In this document: positions 18,817 through 28,297 of the stretch, piece after piece | Layout: every line of letters starts with the position of its first letter | Numbering within the stretch: the stretch's first letter is position 1 | Assembly: GCA_040394915.1 (NCBI GenBank) | Contig: JBEBRI010000001.1 | Location: forward strand, 51,792-115,791 | Direction of reading: 5' to 3' | Length of the DNA: 64,000 bases | From: Sphingobacterium sp. | GTDB taxonomy: Bacteria; Bacteroidota; Bacteroidia; Sphingobacteriales; Sphingobacteriaceae | The notes under the pieces: model-generated | Seen by the model: only the letters and a program-made list of their open reading frames with translations | Database searches by the model: none | What the model was told of the DNA's origin: nothing | Translations under genes and position numbers: made by a program

Positions 18817-19944
18817 ATGAAAAAACACTTCTTTGCCATTTGCTTGGCCGTATGCGCATGGAGTTTTGCAGGAACTGCTGACGCCCAAACTCAACAAGTA
18901 CCCCATTTAAAGAATAATGTGGTTCTGAAACTCGCACCTAGTCAAACCAATCCGCGAAATAGCGAAGGTTCATTTGTTACCTTAAAGGACGGTAGTATTT
19001 TATTCGTTTATTCGCACTACACTTCTGGCAATGGCGGGGACCATGATCCAGCGTACCTGGCAAGTAGAATTTCAAAAGATGGTGGGAAAACTTGGACTGC
19101 ATCGGATGAGCGCGTGCTCAATAATGAAGGGGGAATGAATGTGATGTCGGTTTCATTATTGCGTTTAAAAAATGGCGAAATCGCGATGTTCTATCTCCGT
19201 AAGAATTCAACTGATGATTGTATCCCATACGTTCGTTTCTCAAAAGATGAGGCAAAGACCTGGTCGGATCCGATCGCATGTATCCAAGATAAACAAGGGT
19301 ATTTCGTGCTAAATAACGATCGTGTTATTCAATTGAAAAATGGTCGTCTCTTAATGGCGGTGGCTTGGCACAAAAATCTGAACTCGGAAATGTCGGGAAA
19401 TGGCAACCTATTTAGCTACTACTCGGATGATAATGGAAGAACATGGCAAGCTAGTACTGAAGCATTGGCACCTAAAGGGATCATTACACAAGAGCCTGGC
19501 GTGGTCGAGTTAAAGAATGGCGACATCATGATGTTTATACGCGCAACAGGTGGTAAGCAGTTGGTTTCCTACTCAAAAGATAAGGGCCAGAGCTGGACAG
19601 CAGCAGTTGCGTACAATCTAGATTCGCCCTTGTCACCCGCAAGTATCGAGCGCATACCAAGTACCGGAGATTTATTTGCGATTTGGAATAACAACGATGG
19701 ATCCAATAAAGAGACGAAAGGTGAGCGTACGCCATTAACCATCGCTATCTCGAAAGATGATGGAAAGACTTGGCAAAAGATCAAAAATATAGAGATCGAT
19801 CCTGACGGTTGGTATTGCTATATGGGTATTCACTTTGATAAAAAGAATGTGTTGTTATCGTATTGTGCAGGTAGCCAATCAGCAAGATCCCACTTAAACG
19901 TGACAGATATCGCTTTATTGAGTTTAAAAGATATATACAAATAA
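18817..19944 (+). CDS. Sialidase-like BNR/Asp-box beta-propeller (GH33-related), secreted
   Basis: Signal peptide; five Asp boxes (SKDGGKTW, SKDEAKTW, SDDNGRTW, SKDKGQSW, SKDDGKTW); QEPGVVEL..G...MFIR; ERTPL. Confidence 0.85.
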   Translation: MKKHFFAICLAVCAWSFAGTADAQTQQVPHLKNNVVLKLAPSQTNPRNSEGSFVTLKDGSILFVYSHYTSGNGGDHDPAYLASRISKDGGKTWTASDERVLNNEGGMNVMSVSLLRLKNGEIAMFYLRKNSTDDCIPYVRFSKDEAKTWSDPIACIQDKQGYFVLNNDRVIQLKNGRLLMAVAWHKNLNSEMSGNGNLFSYYSDDNGRTWQASTEALAPKGIITQEPGVVELKNGDIMMFIRATGGKQLVSYSKDKGQSWTAAVAYNLDSPLSPASIERIPSTGDLFAIWNNNDGSNKETKGERTPLTIAISKDDGKTWQKIKNIEIDPDGWYCYMGIHFDKKNVLLSYCAGSQSARSHLNVTDIALLSLKDIYK

Positions 19945-19972
19945 GATCGTAAAATAAGGAAGCGGGATATAC

Positions 19973-20884
19973 GTGAAAGCGATGAAAAATAGCGAGCAAT
20001 TAATGGAAATTCGGTCAGCAGAGGTTGGACCTACGGTGCTCATCTTGGCAGGTGTACATGGCGATGAATACGAGCCCATGATTGCGGCAGCGCAACTGAA
20101 AGCGTTTATAGGCAATAATCTAAAAAAAGGGGTTGTAAGAATTATGCCTATCGTTAATAGGAGTGCCTTTAAAATAGGTGCTCGCTGTGGCGAAGATGGT
20201 CTGGATTTGGCGCGTATTTGTCCGGGTGACGTGAATGGTTCCATTAGCATGCAGTACGCAGCAATGGCGGCTGAAGAAATCCAGAAATGCGACTACTTAA
20301 TTGATTTACATACAGGAGGTCAACTTTTTGATTTGTATCCGCTAGCAGGCTATATGCTACATGAGGATAAAGCGGTTCTAGCAAAGCAGCGTAAGATGGC
20401 CAGGGCATTTGGACTGCCCTTAATCTGGGGGACAGATCCTTTGCCTGAAGGACGAACCTTGTCTGTTGCTCGCGATTATCAAATTCCTGCAATTTATGTA
20501 GAATTCGGTGGCCCAGGACCTGTTAGAGCTAAAGTTATCGATGCTTATATCCAAGGTTGTTTGAATATACTCAGGGATCTAGATATGCTCGATTTTATCC
20601 CGAAAAGTAGGAAACGCCCGAAATATGTTGTCGAAGATTCTACCCCTGGGGGTGGTTATCTGCAGGGAAAAATGGCCGCTCCATACGACGCCGTGTTTGA
20701 ACCGACTGTTCAAGTGGGCGAACAGATAAAAGCTGGCGATCGCTGGGGAATTATCTACGATGTCGACACGTTAAACCCCAAAGATATTTTAGCAGATATG
20801 GATGGGATTGTCCTCTTTATTCGTTCGATACCCCTCGTCAAGAAAGGGGAATCCCTCGGTGGAATTTTAAACATAAAGTCATAG
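19973..20884 (+). CDS. Succinylglutamate desuccinylase/aspartoacylase-family (M14-like) deacylase
   Basis: AGVHGDE, DLARICPG, IDLHTGG, YVEFGG; start may be the ATG at 19982. Confidence 0.85.
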   Translation: MKAMKNSEQLMEIRSAEVGPTVLILAGVHGDEYEPMIAAAQLKAFIGNNLKKGVVRIMPIVNRSAFKIGARCGEDGLDLARICPGDVNGSISMQYAAMAAEEIQKCDYLIDLHTGGQLFDLYPLAGYMLHEDKAVLAKQRKMARAFGLPLIWGTDPLPEGRTLSVARDYQIPAIYVEFGGPGPVRAKVIDAYIQGCLNILRDLDMLDFIPKSRKRPKYVVEDSTPGGGYLQGKMAAPYDAVFEPTVQVGEQIKAGDRWGIIYDVDTLNPKDILADMDGIVLFIRSIPLVKKGESLGGILNIKS

Positions 20885-20886
20885 CT

Positions 20887-21696
20887 ATGAAAAGAAGAGT
20901 AGCCATCATTACAGGGGCAGCGGGTGGAATTGGTCGCTCGATTGTCCAACGATTTTTAGAGGAGGGCTATGCCTTAGCACTAATCGATCAATCGGAAGCG
21001 GCTATGCATCAGGCGAATCCATATTTAAGAGATTATGCTGATCAGACTTTACTTATCGCGGGCGATTTAACGGATGATTTATTTTTAAAGGCTATAGTAG
21101 GACAGGTAGTTGACAAATGGAGTAGAATTGATGTGTTAATCAACAACGCAATTTGGCGAAAGGCAGAAAGCCTTGCGGAAAGCACATTGGAAGATTGGAA
21201 CAAGACGATTGCAATTGGTATCACCGCACCTGCATTTCTTTCGAAATATGTCGCAGAAGCCATAATTCCACTCGGGCAGTCTTGTTGTATACTTAATCTT
21301 TCGAGCGTGATGTCAACTTTCGTCTCGGGTTATGCATCTGCTTATACGGTATGTAAAGGTGCGATAGAGAGCTTAACCTATGAATTGGCTACGTTATACG
21401 GACCAAAAGGGTTTCGAGCCGTTGCTATTCGCCCTGGAAGTGTTGATACCTCCTTATCTACAGATTACGAGGATCCAAATGGCGATAATGTGAGTAGTCA
21501 TATACAGCGCGAAGTAGAAAATCGGACAGCCTTAAATCGATCTGCAAAAGCGATAGAAGTTGCTGAAGCACTTGTTTGGTTGGCCTCTGAAAAAGCAAGC
21601 TTTATTACGGGAACTTGTATCACCATCGATGGTGGATTGGAACATAATTTCAACCCCTACGATATCAAGAAATTACTTAAACCTAATCAGTTTTGA
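20887..21696 (+). CDS. Short-chain dehydrogenase/reductase
   Basis: ITGAAGGIG, LINNA, NLSS, YTVCK, ITGTCITIDGG. Confidence 0.9.
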   Translation: MKRRVAIITGAAGGIGRSIVQRFLEEGYALALIDQSEAAMHQANPYLRDYADQTLLIAGDLTDDLFLKAIVGQVVDKWSRIDVLINNAIWRKAESLAESTLEDWNKTIAIGITAPAFLSKYVAEAIIPLGQSCCILNLSSVMSTFVSGYASAYTVCKGAIESLTYELATLYGPKGFRAVAIRPGSVDTSLSTDYEDPNGDNVSSHIQREVENRTALNRSAKAIEVAEALVWLASEKASFITGTCITIDGGLEHNFNPYDIKKLLKPNQF

Positions 21697-22796
21697 AAGG
21701 TATTTGGAAATATAAAGAATTACTCCAATCGGTGAGTGAGGATTATCAGATCGCACTCGGCGAGGGAAATACTCCACTCGTTAAGTCAAGACAGATTGGT
21801 AAAATCTTAGGCTTGGAGAATCTCTACTTTAAGTTGGAGAATCTCAATCCTAGTGGATCTTATAAAGATCGTTTTGCCGCAATGGCGGTTGCCTATGCGC
21901 AAGAGCATGGGAAGAGCGCTATTCTAGCGACTTCCAGCGGAAATACAGGTGCTGCGTTGGCTGCATATTCCGCTGCGGCAAGACTGAAATGCATCTTTTG
22001 TTTGGTTGATGGCGCACCATTCGGGAAAGTCCAGCAGATGGGGGTATACGGTGCAGAATTAATGATGATTAAGGATTTTGGAATCAACGATCAGCGCACT
22101 GTTGATGTGATGAATACGCTAAATGAACTGGCTGATCAACATGAGTGTTCATTGGAAATTAGCGCTTATAAATTCTCTCCAAACGGAATGGAAGGCGTTC
22201 AAACAATCGCTTTCGAAATTGCGGAAGAGCTAGAGCAGGTCAATCAAGTCTTTGTTCCTGCTGGTGGCGGAGGACTTTATTTATCGATCGTTCGCGGATT
22301 TGCGAAATGGAAGAATAAAGTTAATGCGTCTGTTTCTCCAACGCTGTTCTGTGTGCAGCCGAAAGGTAATGACACCATTGCATCGGTGTTACTTGGCGAT
22401 CAGTCAGAACCTAAGGCAATAGCAAATAGCACGACGAAGATTTCAGGACTACAAGTCTCCTCACTTTTGGATGTCGATGCTATTCTGGAAGAAAGTAAAT
22501 CTACCGCTTGCGATGCTGCTTTGGTTGAAGATGCAGCCGTTTTTGAATGTCAGAAAATGCTCGCGCAATTCGAAGGGATCTATTGCGAACCTGCCGGTGC
22601 TGTGGCATTAGCAGGTGTTAAAGAAGCCTTAGCGTTGGGTAAAATAAAAGCAACAGATCATGTCGTTTGCATCGTAACGGGGAATGGTTTCAAAGATCAA
22701 CAGGCCCTCTCACGCATATATACAGATGCCGATTGCTTGTATATTGATCAAGCGCTCCACACAAAAGAAGAAATAATTAGAAAGCTAGAAAAGTAA
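21693..22796 (+). CDS. Fold-type II PLP enzyme (threonine synthase-like; candidate dehydratase/ammonia-lyase)
   Basis: LGEGNTPL, FKLENLNPSGSYKDR, SSGNTG, PAGGGG, EPAGAVALAG, VTGNGFK; TTG start overlapping upstream stop. Confidence 0.85.
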   Translation: MKGIWKYKELLQSVSEDYQIALGEGNTPLVKSRQIGKILGLENLYFKLENLNPSGSYKDRFAAMAVAYAQEHGKSAILATSSGNTGAALAAYSAAARLKCIFCLVDGAPFGKVQQMGVYGAELMMIKDFGINDQRTVDVMNTLNELADQHECSLEISAYKFSPNGMEGVQTIAFEIAEELEQVNQVFVPAGGGGLYLSIVRGFAKWKNKVNASVSPTLFCVQPKGNDTIASVLLGDQSEPKAIANSTTKISGLQVSSLLDVDAILEESKSTACDAALVEDAAVFECQKMLAQFEGIYCEPAGAVALAGVKEALALGKIKATDHVVCIVTGNGFKDQQALSRIYTDADCLYIDQALHTKEEIIRKLEK

Positions 22797-22802
22797 AGAA
22801 TC

Positions 22803-23180
22803 ATGGAAAAAGAATTTGTATTTGGAAAAGATGTGCCTCAAAGTCATTTACCGTTTTCACCCGGCGTAAAATGTGGTCAGTTTTTGTTTATCTCTGGTCA
22901 GGCGTCCGTTGACATGGAAGGAAAGATTGTGAACGACACGTTTGAGAATGAGTGTAGACGTTCTTTTGACAATTTAAAGCGTATCGTTGAAGCTGCGGGC
23001 TTAACAATGGCCGATATTGTACAGGTACGTAATTATGTCGCGGAAGAGAAGGATTTAGTGAAATTCAATGAGATTTACAGAGAGTATTTTTCTGCTCCGT
23101 TTCCAGCAAGGACAACGTTGATTGGTTGTCTTGGTACCATTTTAAAGTTTGAAGTTGACGCTACGGCTTTCATCAAATAA
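22803..23180 (+). CDS. RidA/YjgF family enamine/imine deaminase
   Basis: PFSPGV..G.FLFISGQ, FNEIYREYF..PFPART, FEVDATA. Confidence 0.92.
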   Translation: MEKEFVFGKDVPQSHLPFSPGVKCGQFLFISGQASVDMEGKIVNDTFENECRRSFDNLKRIVEAAGLTMADIVQVRNYVAEEKDLVKFNEIYREYFSAPFPARTTLIGCLGTILKFEVDATAFIK

Positions 23181-23185
23181 AACCA

Positions 23186-24667
23186 ATGAAGAAGCGCATT
23201 GCCATTGCCGGTATTTATCATGAATCGAATACGTTCAGTTCAATTCCCACCGAATGGGAAAATTTCACCAATGGACATATATTCCGTGGACAAGAAATTA
23301 TAGAACGATTCGAACATGCGCATCATGAGATTGCAGGTTTTCTAAAAGAGATACAATCCGAAGAAATCGAAGTTGTGCCGCTATTTGTGGCCGATGCGAT
23401 TCCGTCCGGCGCGATACAGAAAGAGGTAGCATTGGGTTTGGCGAAGGAGCTCTGTGATGCAGTCGAATCTGCTTTGCCACTCGATGGAATCTATTGCGTC
23501 GCCCATGGTGCGGCAGCAGCAGAGGAGATTCGCGATGTTGATGGTTATTGGATGACCGCGCTGCGTGCGATTGTGGGCGCTTCTGTTCCCATGATGGCGA
23601 GTTTAGACCCGCATGCCAATGTTAGCGAGAAGATGATTGCAGCAACAAATGCAATGATATCTTATACGACAAATCCTCATCTGGATCAGCGAGAGATCGG
23701 ACAAAAGATTGCCCGGTTGATGAAAGCTGTCGTTTTAGACGGCTTATCCATCAAACAAGAGCTGCTGATGCTTCCGGCTTCGCTCAGCTTAGAGCAACAG
23801 GAAACCAGTGTAGAACCCTGTCTTTCGATGTACAAAGAAATTGCTGATTTAATGAGGAATCTACCCATTCTTTCGCACAGTATTATCTTAGGTTTTCCCT
23901 ACGCTGATGTCGAAGAAATGGGAACTTCGCTCATCCTCGTTGCAGAGGATCAGTTTGATACGGCTGCTTTGAAGCAACAAGCATTAGCTGTTTTTGAAAG
24001 TTATTACCCGCAATTTACAGGCAAGCGACTCCATATTCAAGAAGTAATCGACAAGAAGGATTCGTACGCAAAACCGGTCTTGCTCTTAGATATGGGCGAC
24101 AATGTTGGCGCTGGTGCTTTGGGAAATAGTTCCTATTTGTTAAAAGCACTTGAGGATAATAGATGTACTGGGGGCATTATTGTTATCTATGATCCCCAAA
24201 AAGTACAGGAATTAAAAGATATCGCTCTAGAGAGTTGGGCGGAAATCGTGTTGGATGATCAAACTGCAGGAGATACTACTCAGAGCTATAAGGTTCAGAT
24301 CCTAGAAATCCGGGACGGATCATTTTCCGAATCGACACCAAGGCATGGTGGACAGACTTCTTACGATATGGGTAAGATTGTGTTGGTTAGAACAGAGTTG
24401 GGCAATTATATTTTGTTTAGCAGTCTTCGCGTGCCACCTTTTAGTAGTCAGCAGATTGAGATTTTGAACCTCGATCTAAGTAAATTGAATTGGATTGTTG
24501 CCAAGGGCGTAAATGCGCCGATCGCTGCCTATCGTTCAATCTGCCCAGTTTATCTAAAGATTCAGACAGCAGGCGAAAGCAATGCGGATGCGACGCAATA
24601 TCAATACAAGTATAGACGACGTCCGATGTTGCCTTTCGAAGCACTTAATGTTAAATATGATGGATAG
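23186..24667 (+). CDS. M81 (MlrC-like) metallo-amidohydrolase
   Basis: IAIAGIYHESNTFS, AHGA, SLDPHAN, NPHLD, GFPYADV, DMGDNVGAG, YKYRRRPMLPFE. Confidence 0.88.
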   Translation: MKKRIAIAGIYHESNTFSSIPTEWENFTNGHIFRGQEIIERFEHAHHEIAGFLKEIQSEEIEVVPLFVADAIPSGAIQKEVALGLAKELCDAVESALPLDGIYCVAHGAAAAEEIRDVDGYWMTALRAIVGASVPMMASLDPHANVSEKMIAATNAMISYTTNPHLDQREIGQKIARLMKAVVLDGLSIKQELLMLPASLSLEQQETSVEPCLSMYKEIADLMRNLPILSHSIILGFPYADVEEMGTSLILVAEDQFDTAALKQQALAVFESYYPQFTGKRLHIQEVIDKKDSYAKPVLLLDMGDNVGAGALGNSSYLLKALEDNRCTGGIIVIYDPQKVQELKDIALESWAEIVLDDQTAGDTTQSYKVQILEIRDGSFSESTPRHGGQTSYDMGKIVLVRTELGNYILFSSLRVPPFSSQQIEILNLDLSKLNWIVAKGVNAPIAAYRSICPVYLKIQTAGESNADATQYQYKYRRRPMLPFEALNVKYDG

Positions 24668-26390
24668 GAAAGATGTGTTGATCTCTAGCGATTTCTATAC
24701 CGAAGGCCCCGTAATGAATGCGAATGGTGAACTTTTCGTGACGAATTTGTTGGGAAAGAAGATTCTTAAATACCAAGGCGATGGTCGCTTTACCGAATGG
24801 GGAACGTGCAGCAGTCCGAATGGACAGTTTATCGCGGCTGATGGTACACACTACGTTTGTAATAGTTTAGCCGCTAGTGTTGAACGTTTTGATGCCGATG
24901 GGAATCATTTAGAGACCTATTTTCGAGGAAACGTTGCGGGCTATCAAGTGAAATGTCCTAACGATCTTTGGGTAGGCGAGCAGGGCATATATTTTACAGA
25001 CTCGGTTAGAAAAACCGGCGCCATTGTATTCATTCCCAAGCAGGGCCAGGCACAACTTATCGCTTGTAATTTGGATTATCCAAATGGCATAGTTTACGAT
25101 GAACAGGTAAACTGTCTTTATGTCGCTGAGAGTTTTAAGAATAGAATAATTAAAGTCAACCTTAACCTACCTGACCATCCGGTTAGTACCTTAGTGGAGC
25201 TTCCAAAGCATCCTTCATTAGATGAGACGAAGAATTTACCGGATGGTCTATCTTTAGAGGAGAATACTTGGCTTTGGATTGCCCATTATGGGATGGGACA
25301 ATATCACCGTTACCACCTTAATACAGGACTATTAGAGAGCTTTGATAGCCAAATTACTTTATGTAGTAATATTTGCGTTAGTCCCGATGCGATTGTATTG
25401 ACAGGCGGCGAAGGAGAACCAGGACCAGGGAAGGTTCGGATTATTCAACGTGGTCGAGAATCTGTTGTTAGCGATTTGAACATCTCCAAACTGAGCTTAG
25501 GAACCGTTGCATTAGGCTTACCCTATGTGGTCTTTAATCAGGAAAAATCAAATTCTGAAAGCGCTGCAAAAAGACTAATCGTGCAAGCTCATCGTTTAGG
25601 GATTACCTCCTTCGATACGGCTCGAGAATATGGAACAGCAGAATCCTTACTAGGTCATGTAGTTGAGAGCGGTCAGCTTGAAAATGCGACTATTATTTCG
25701 AAGTTTAAATGGACTAATGAAGCTTGCTTTGATTTTGAAAAGGCCTTAGCAGAATCAATTCAAAGTGTTGAAGAATCGCTAAGTGAGTTAAAGCTTAAGC
25801 AATTACCGATCTGTCTTTTTCACATGGTCTCATCATTTGATATCTCCGCAGTAAAAGCAGTTTTGCCACGCGTTTTTGAGCATTTGAAAAGTAAGGGTTT
25901 GATTGAAACTGCTGGTGTGTCCGTTGATCATCCGCTTGAAATTAAACACTTCTTGGACAATGATATATATCAGGCGTTTCAAATTCCCATCAACATTTTT
26001 GATCATCGCTTAACGTCGACTTCATTTTGGCAAGATCTGACTAAGCGTAAGAAAATCATCTTCGTGCGTAGTATCTATCTGAAGGGACTGTTGTTGCAAG
26101 ACCCAGAGAAGCTAACGGGGAGTTTACAGTTGGCAAAGCCGTACTTGCGGCAGCTTAAAGATTTAGCGGATGAAGCGCAGATGTCTGTTAGCCAGATGTG
26201 CTTCTCCTACATCAGAGATCTGGAAGGAGTAAGCAGTGTGTTGATTGGACCTGATCAAGAAGAACAACTACTTGAAAACATTGCCCTACTGGATGGCCCG
26301 AAAATACCGAAAGCGATATTCGATAAGATAATGCCTTTATTTTCACAAATACCTGAAGACCTATTAACCCCAAGACTATGGAAAATGTAA
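24657..26390 (+). CDS. SMP-30/gluconolactonase - aldo/keto reductase fusion protein
   Basis: N-half: TEGP, PNDL, YPNGI, PDGL. C-half: SKLSLGT, FDTAREYG, ISK, LFH, QIPINIFD, VRSIYLKGLL. ATG at 24657 overlaps the upstream stop and is preferred over 24582. Confidence 0.82.
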   Translation: MMDRKDVLISSDFYTEGPVMNANGELFVTNLLGKKILKYQGDGRFTEWGTCSSPNGQFIAADGTHYVCNSLAASVERFDADGNHLETYFRGNVAGYQVKCPNDLWVGEQGIYFTDSVRKTGAIVFIPKQGQAQLIACNLDYPNGIVYDEQVNCLYVAESFKNRIIKVNLNLPDHPVSTLVELPKHPSLDETKNLPDGLSLEENTWLWIAHYGMGQYHRYHLNTGLLESFDSQITLCSNICVSPDAIVLTGGEGEPGPGKVRIIQRGRESVVSDLNISKLSLGTVALGLPYVVFNQEKSNSESAAKRLIVQAHRLGITSFDTAREYGTAESLLGHVVESGQLENATIISKFKWTNEACFDFEKALAESIQSVEESLSELKLKQLPICLFHMVSSFDISAVKAVLPRVFEHLKSKGLIETAGVSVDHPLEIKHFLDNDIYQAFQIPINIFDHRLTSTSFWQDLTKRKKIIFVRSIYLKGLLLQDPEKLTGSLQLAKPYLRQLKDLADEAQMSVSQMCFSYIRDLEGVSSVLIGPDQEEQLLENIALLDGPKIPKAIFDKIMPLFSQIPEDLLTPRLWKM

Positions 26391-26392
26391 CG

Positions 26393-27181
26393 ATGAAAAG
26401 ATTCTTCCTAAACGGAAAAGTGGTCCTCATCACAGGAGGTACAGGTTTGTTCGGTAAACCGATGTCACTCGCACTAGCGCATGCTGGCGCGACGGTTCTT
26501 ATTGCTTCAAGAAATTTAAATGCATGTCAAGATTATGCAAATGAGCTGAATGAAGCGGGATATAAATCGGCAGCCTTCCAACTTGACCTTTCAAATCATG
26601 AATCGATTACCCAATTAGTCAATGAAGTTCAATTATCGTTTGGAAAAATTGATGTTTTGGTCAACAATGCGGTTACTCGGGAGGGATTTAAGAATCTAGC
26701 CGATATGACCAAGGAAGAATGGGAGCAATCGCAAGCTATCAATAGTACGGGTCTTATGTTATTGACGCAAGCTGTCGTAGCAGGCATGCAAGAACGGAAA
26801 GCTGGAAATATCATCAATATTGGATCTATTCAAGGCACCGTCGGCCCGAATTTTCCTGTCTACGGCGATACGGGAATGACCAGTCCGATTAACTACACGT
26901 ATGATAAGTGGGCGATGGTTGGTTTTACTAAATGGATCGCTAATTATTACGGACGGTTTGGGATACGTTGTAATTGCTTAAGTCCCGGCGGTTATGGCCC
27001 TGGGGTTACGTCTTCATTTGGCGAAAACGAATTTGTTGAAAACTATAAGCGTTTAACACCACTAGGGCGTTTTGCTGATGACGATGATATTGCTGGACCA
27101 ATTGTGTTCTTAGCTTCTGATGCATCTTCTTTTATTACGGGCCACAACTTACTAGTCGACGGTGGCTGGACAAGTTGGTAG
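26393..27181 (+). CDS. Short-chain dehydrogenase/reductase (PtmA-like)
   Basis: LITGGTGLFG, LVNNA, NIGSIQG, YTYDK, IRCNCLSPGG, ITGHNLLVDGGW; ATG at 26393 directly after upstream stop. Confidence 0.88.
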   Translation: MKRFFLNGKVVLITGGTGLFGKPMSLALAHAGATVLIASRNLNACQDYANELNEAGYKSAAFQLDLSNHESITQLVNEVQLSFGKIDVLVNNAVTREGFKNLADMTKEEWEQSQAINSTGLMLLTQAVVAGMQERKAGNIINIGSIQGTVGPNFPVYGDTGMTSPINYTYDKWAMVGFTKWIANYYGRFGIRCNCLSPGGYGPGVTSSFGENEFVENYKRLTPLGRFADDDDIAGPIVFLASDASSFITGHNLLVDGGWTSW

Positions 27182-27192
27182 AAAACAAGCCT

Positions 27193-28296
27193 ATGGAAAA
27201 AATTATAACACTAATAATTGTACTTACGATGCTTTTACATACTGAAGAAAGTCAGTCACAAACTTTATTGCCCTCTTCTACGGAAGAAATAAGTCCGTTG
27301 CCCGACCCTTTAGGATTTGCTGGCATGTATGCGGGGATGGTAGGAGACGAGCTTGTCGCGGCTGGAGGAGCGAACTTCTTAGATAGGATGCCTTGGGAAG
27401 GTGGAAAGAAGGCTTGGCACGATGATATATTTGTGTACTCGTTGCCCCATAAAAGTTGGGAGAAATTATCGTTAAAACTACCTAAAGCTTTAGCTTATGG
27501 AGTGGCTATAGCTTTCGAAAATGGTCTTATTCTTTTCGGGGGCTCGGAGCAAGATAATGTACCTTCAAAAGCAGTCTATTATCTTCATAAGAAGAATAAG
27601 ACCTGGCATATTGAACGTTGGAAAGATATGCCGATTGCACTCGTGAATATGTGTGCAGAGCGGATAGGAGAGCAGGTGGTTTTCGCTGCGGGATCGGATA
27701 AGCTGAATAGTATGCCTACGGATCAGGTGTTATTATTCGATTTGAAAAATCAAGTCTGGTCGGTCTTACCTACACTGCCAGCTGCTAAACGTATTAATGC
27801 GGTAAGTGCGAAGATCAATGGTCAGTTCTATCTATTTTCCGGAATCGAACTTATTCCGGAAGCTAATGGTAAGATCAAAAGGAATATTTTACAAGATGCT
27901 TATCGTTTGACGCTAAGTAAAACCAATGATGGAAATACCGTTGGGAAATGGGAAAGACTTGCTGATCTACCACAAGGAATGGCTGCTGGCCCCTTAAGTG
28001 CTGCAGTAATCAGGAAAAGAAATCAAATCGTTCTTTTTGGCGGCTTAGATCATCAAACTGCGCAATATGCAGATCCAGTTACTCATCCTGGCTTTCTCCC
28101 TGATGTGCTGGGTTATGATATTAAAACAAACAGTTGGTCGGTACTAGGGAAGCTCGATAAAAAACAAATCCGTTTGACTTTGCCGGCGGTACAACATCAT
28201 GATCAATATTACCTTATTTCTGGGGAAGTTGGTCCCGGCGTGCGCACCAACAGTATACTGACAATCCAATTAAATAATCTTAAATCAATTAAATAA
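27193..28296 (+). CDS. Kelch-repeat beta-propeller, N-acetylneuraminate mutarotase (NanM)-like, secreted
   Basis: Signal peptide from ATG 27193; GFAGMYAG, AGGANF..PWEGGKKAW, repeated GG...W kelch units, SGEVGPGVRT. Confidence 0.72.
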   Translation: MEKIITLIIVLTMLLHTEESQSQTLLPSSTEEISPLPDPLGFAGMYAGMVGDELVAAGGANFLDRMPWEGGKKAWHDDIFVYSLPHKSWEKLSLKLPKALAYGVAIAFENGLILFGGSEQDNVPSKAVYYLHKKNKTWHIERWKDMPIALVNMCAERIGEQVVFAAGSDKLNSMPTDQVLLFDLKNQVWSVLPTLPAAKRINAVSAKINGQFYLFSGIELIPEANGKIKRNILQDAYRLTLSKTNDGNTVGKWERLADLPQGMAAGPLSAAVIRKRNQIVLFGGLDHQTAQYADPVTHPGFLPDVLGYDIKTNSWSVLGKLDKKQIRLTLPAVQHHDQYYLISGEVGPGVRTNSILTIQLNNLKSIK

Positions 28297-28297
28297 C

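Noticed and set aside
21693-22796. Housekeeping thrC
   Set aside because: No thrA/thrB nearby; flanked by RidA and deacylases in a catabolic operon.
23186-24667. Microcystin degradation (mlrC)
   Set aside because: No mlrA/mlrB/mlrD-like genes; M81 is a broad family and the context is sugar catabolism.
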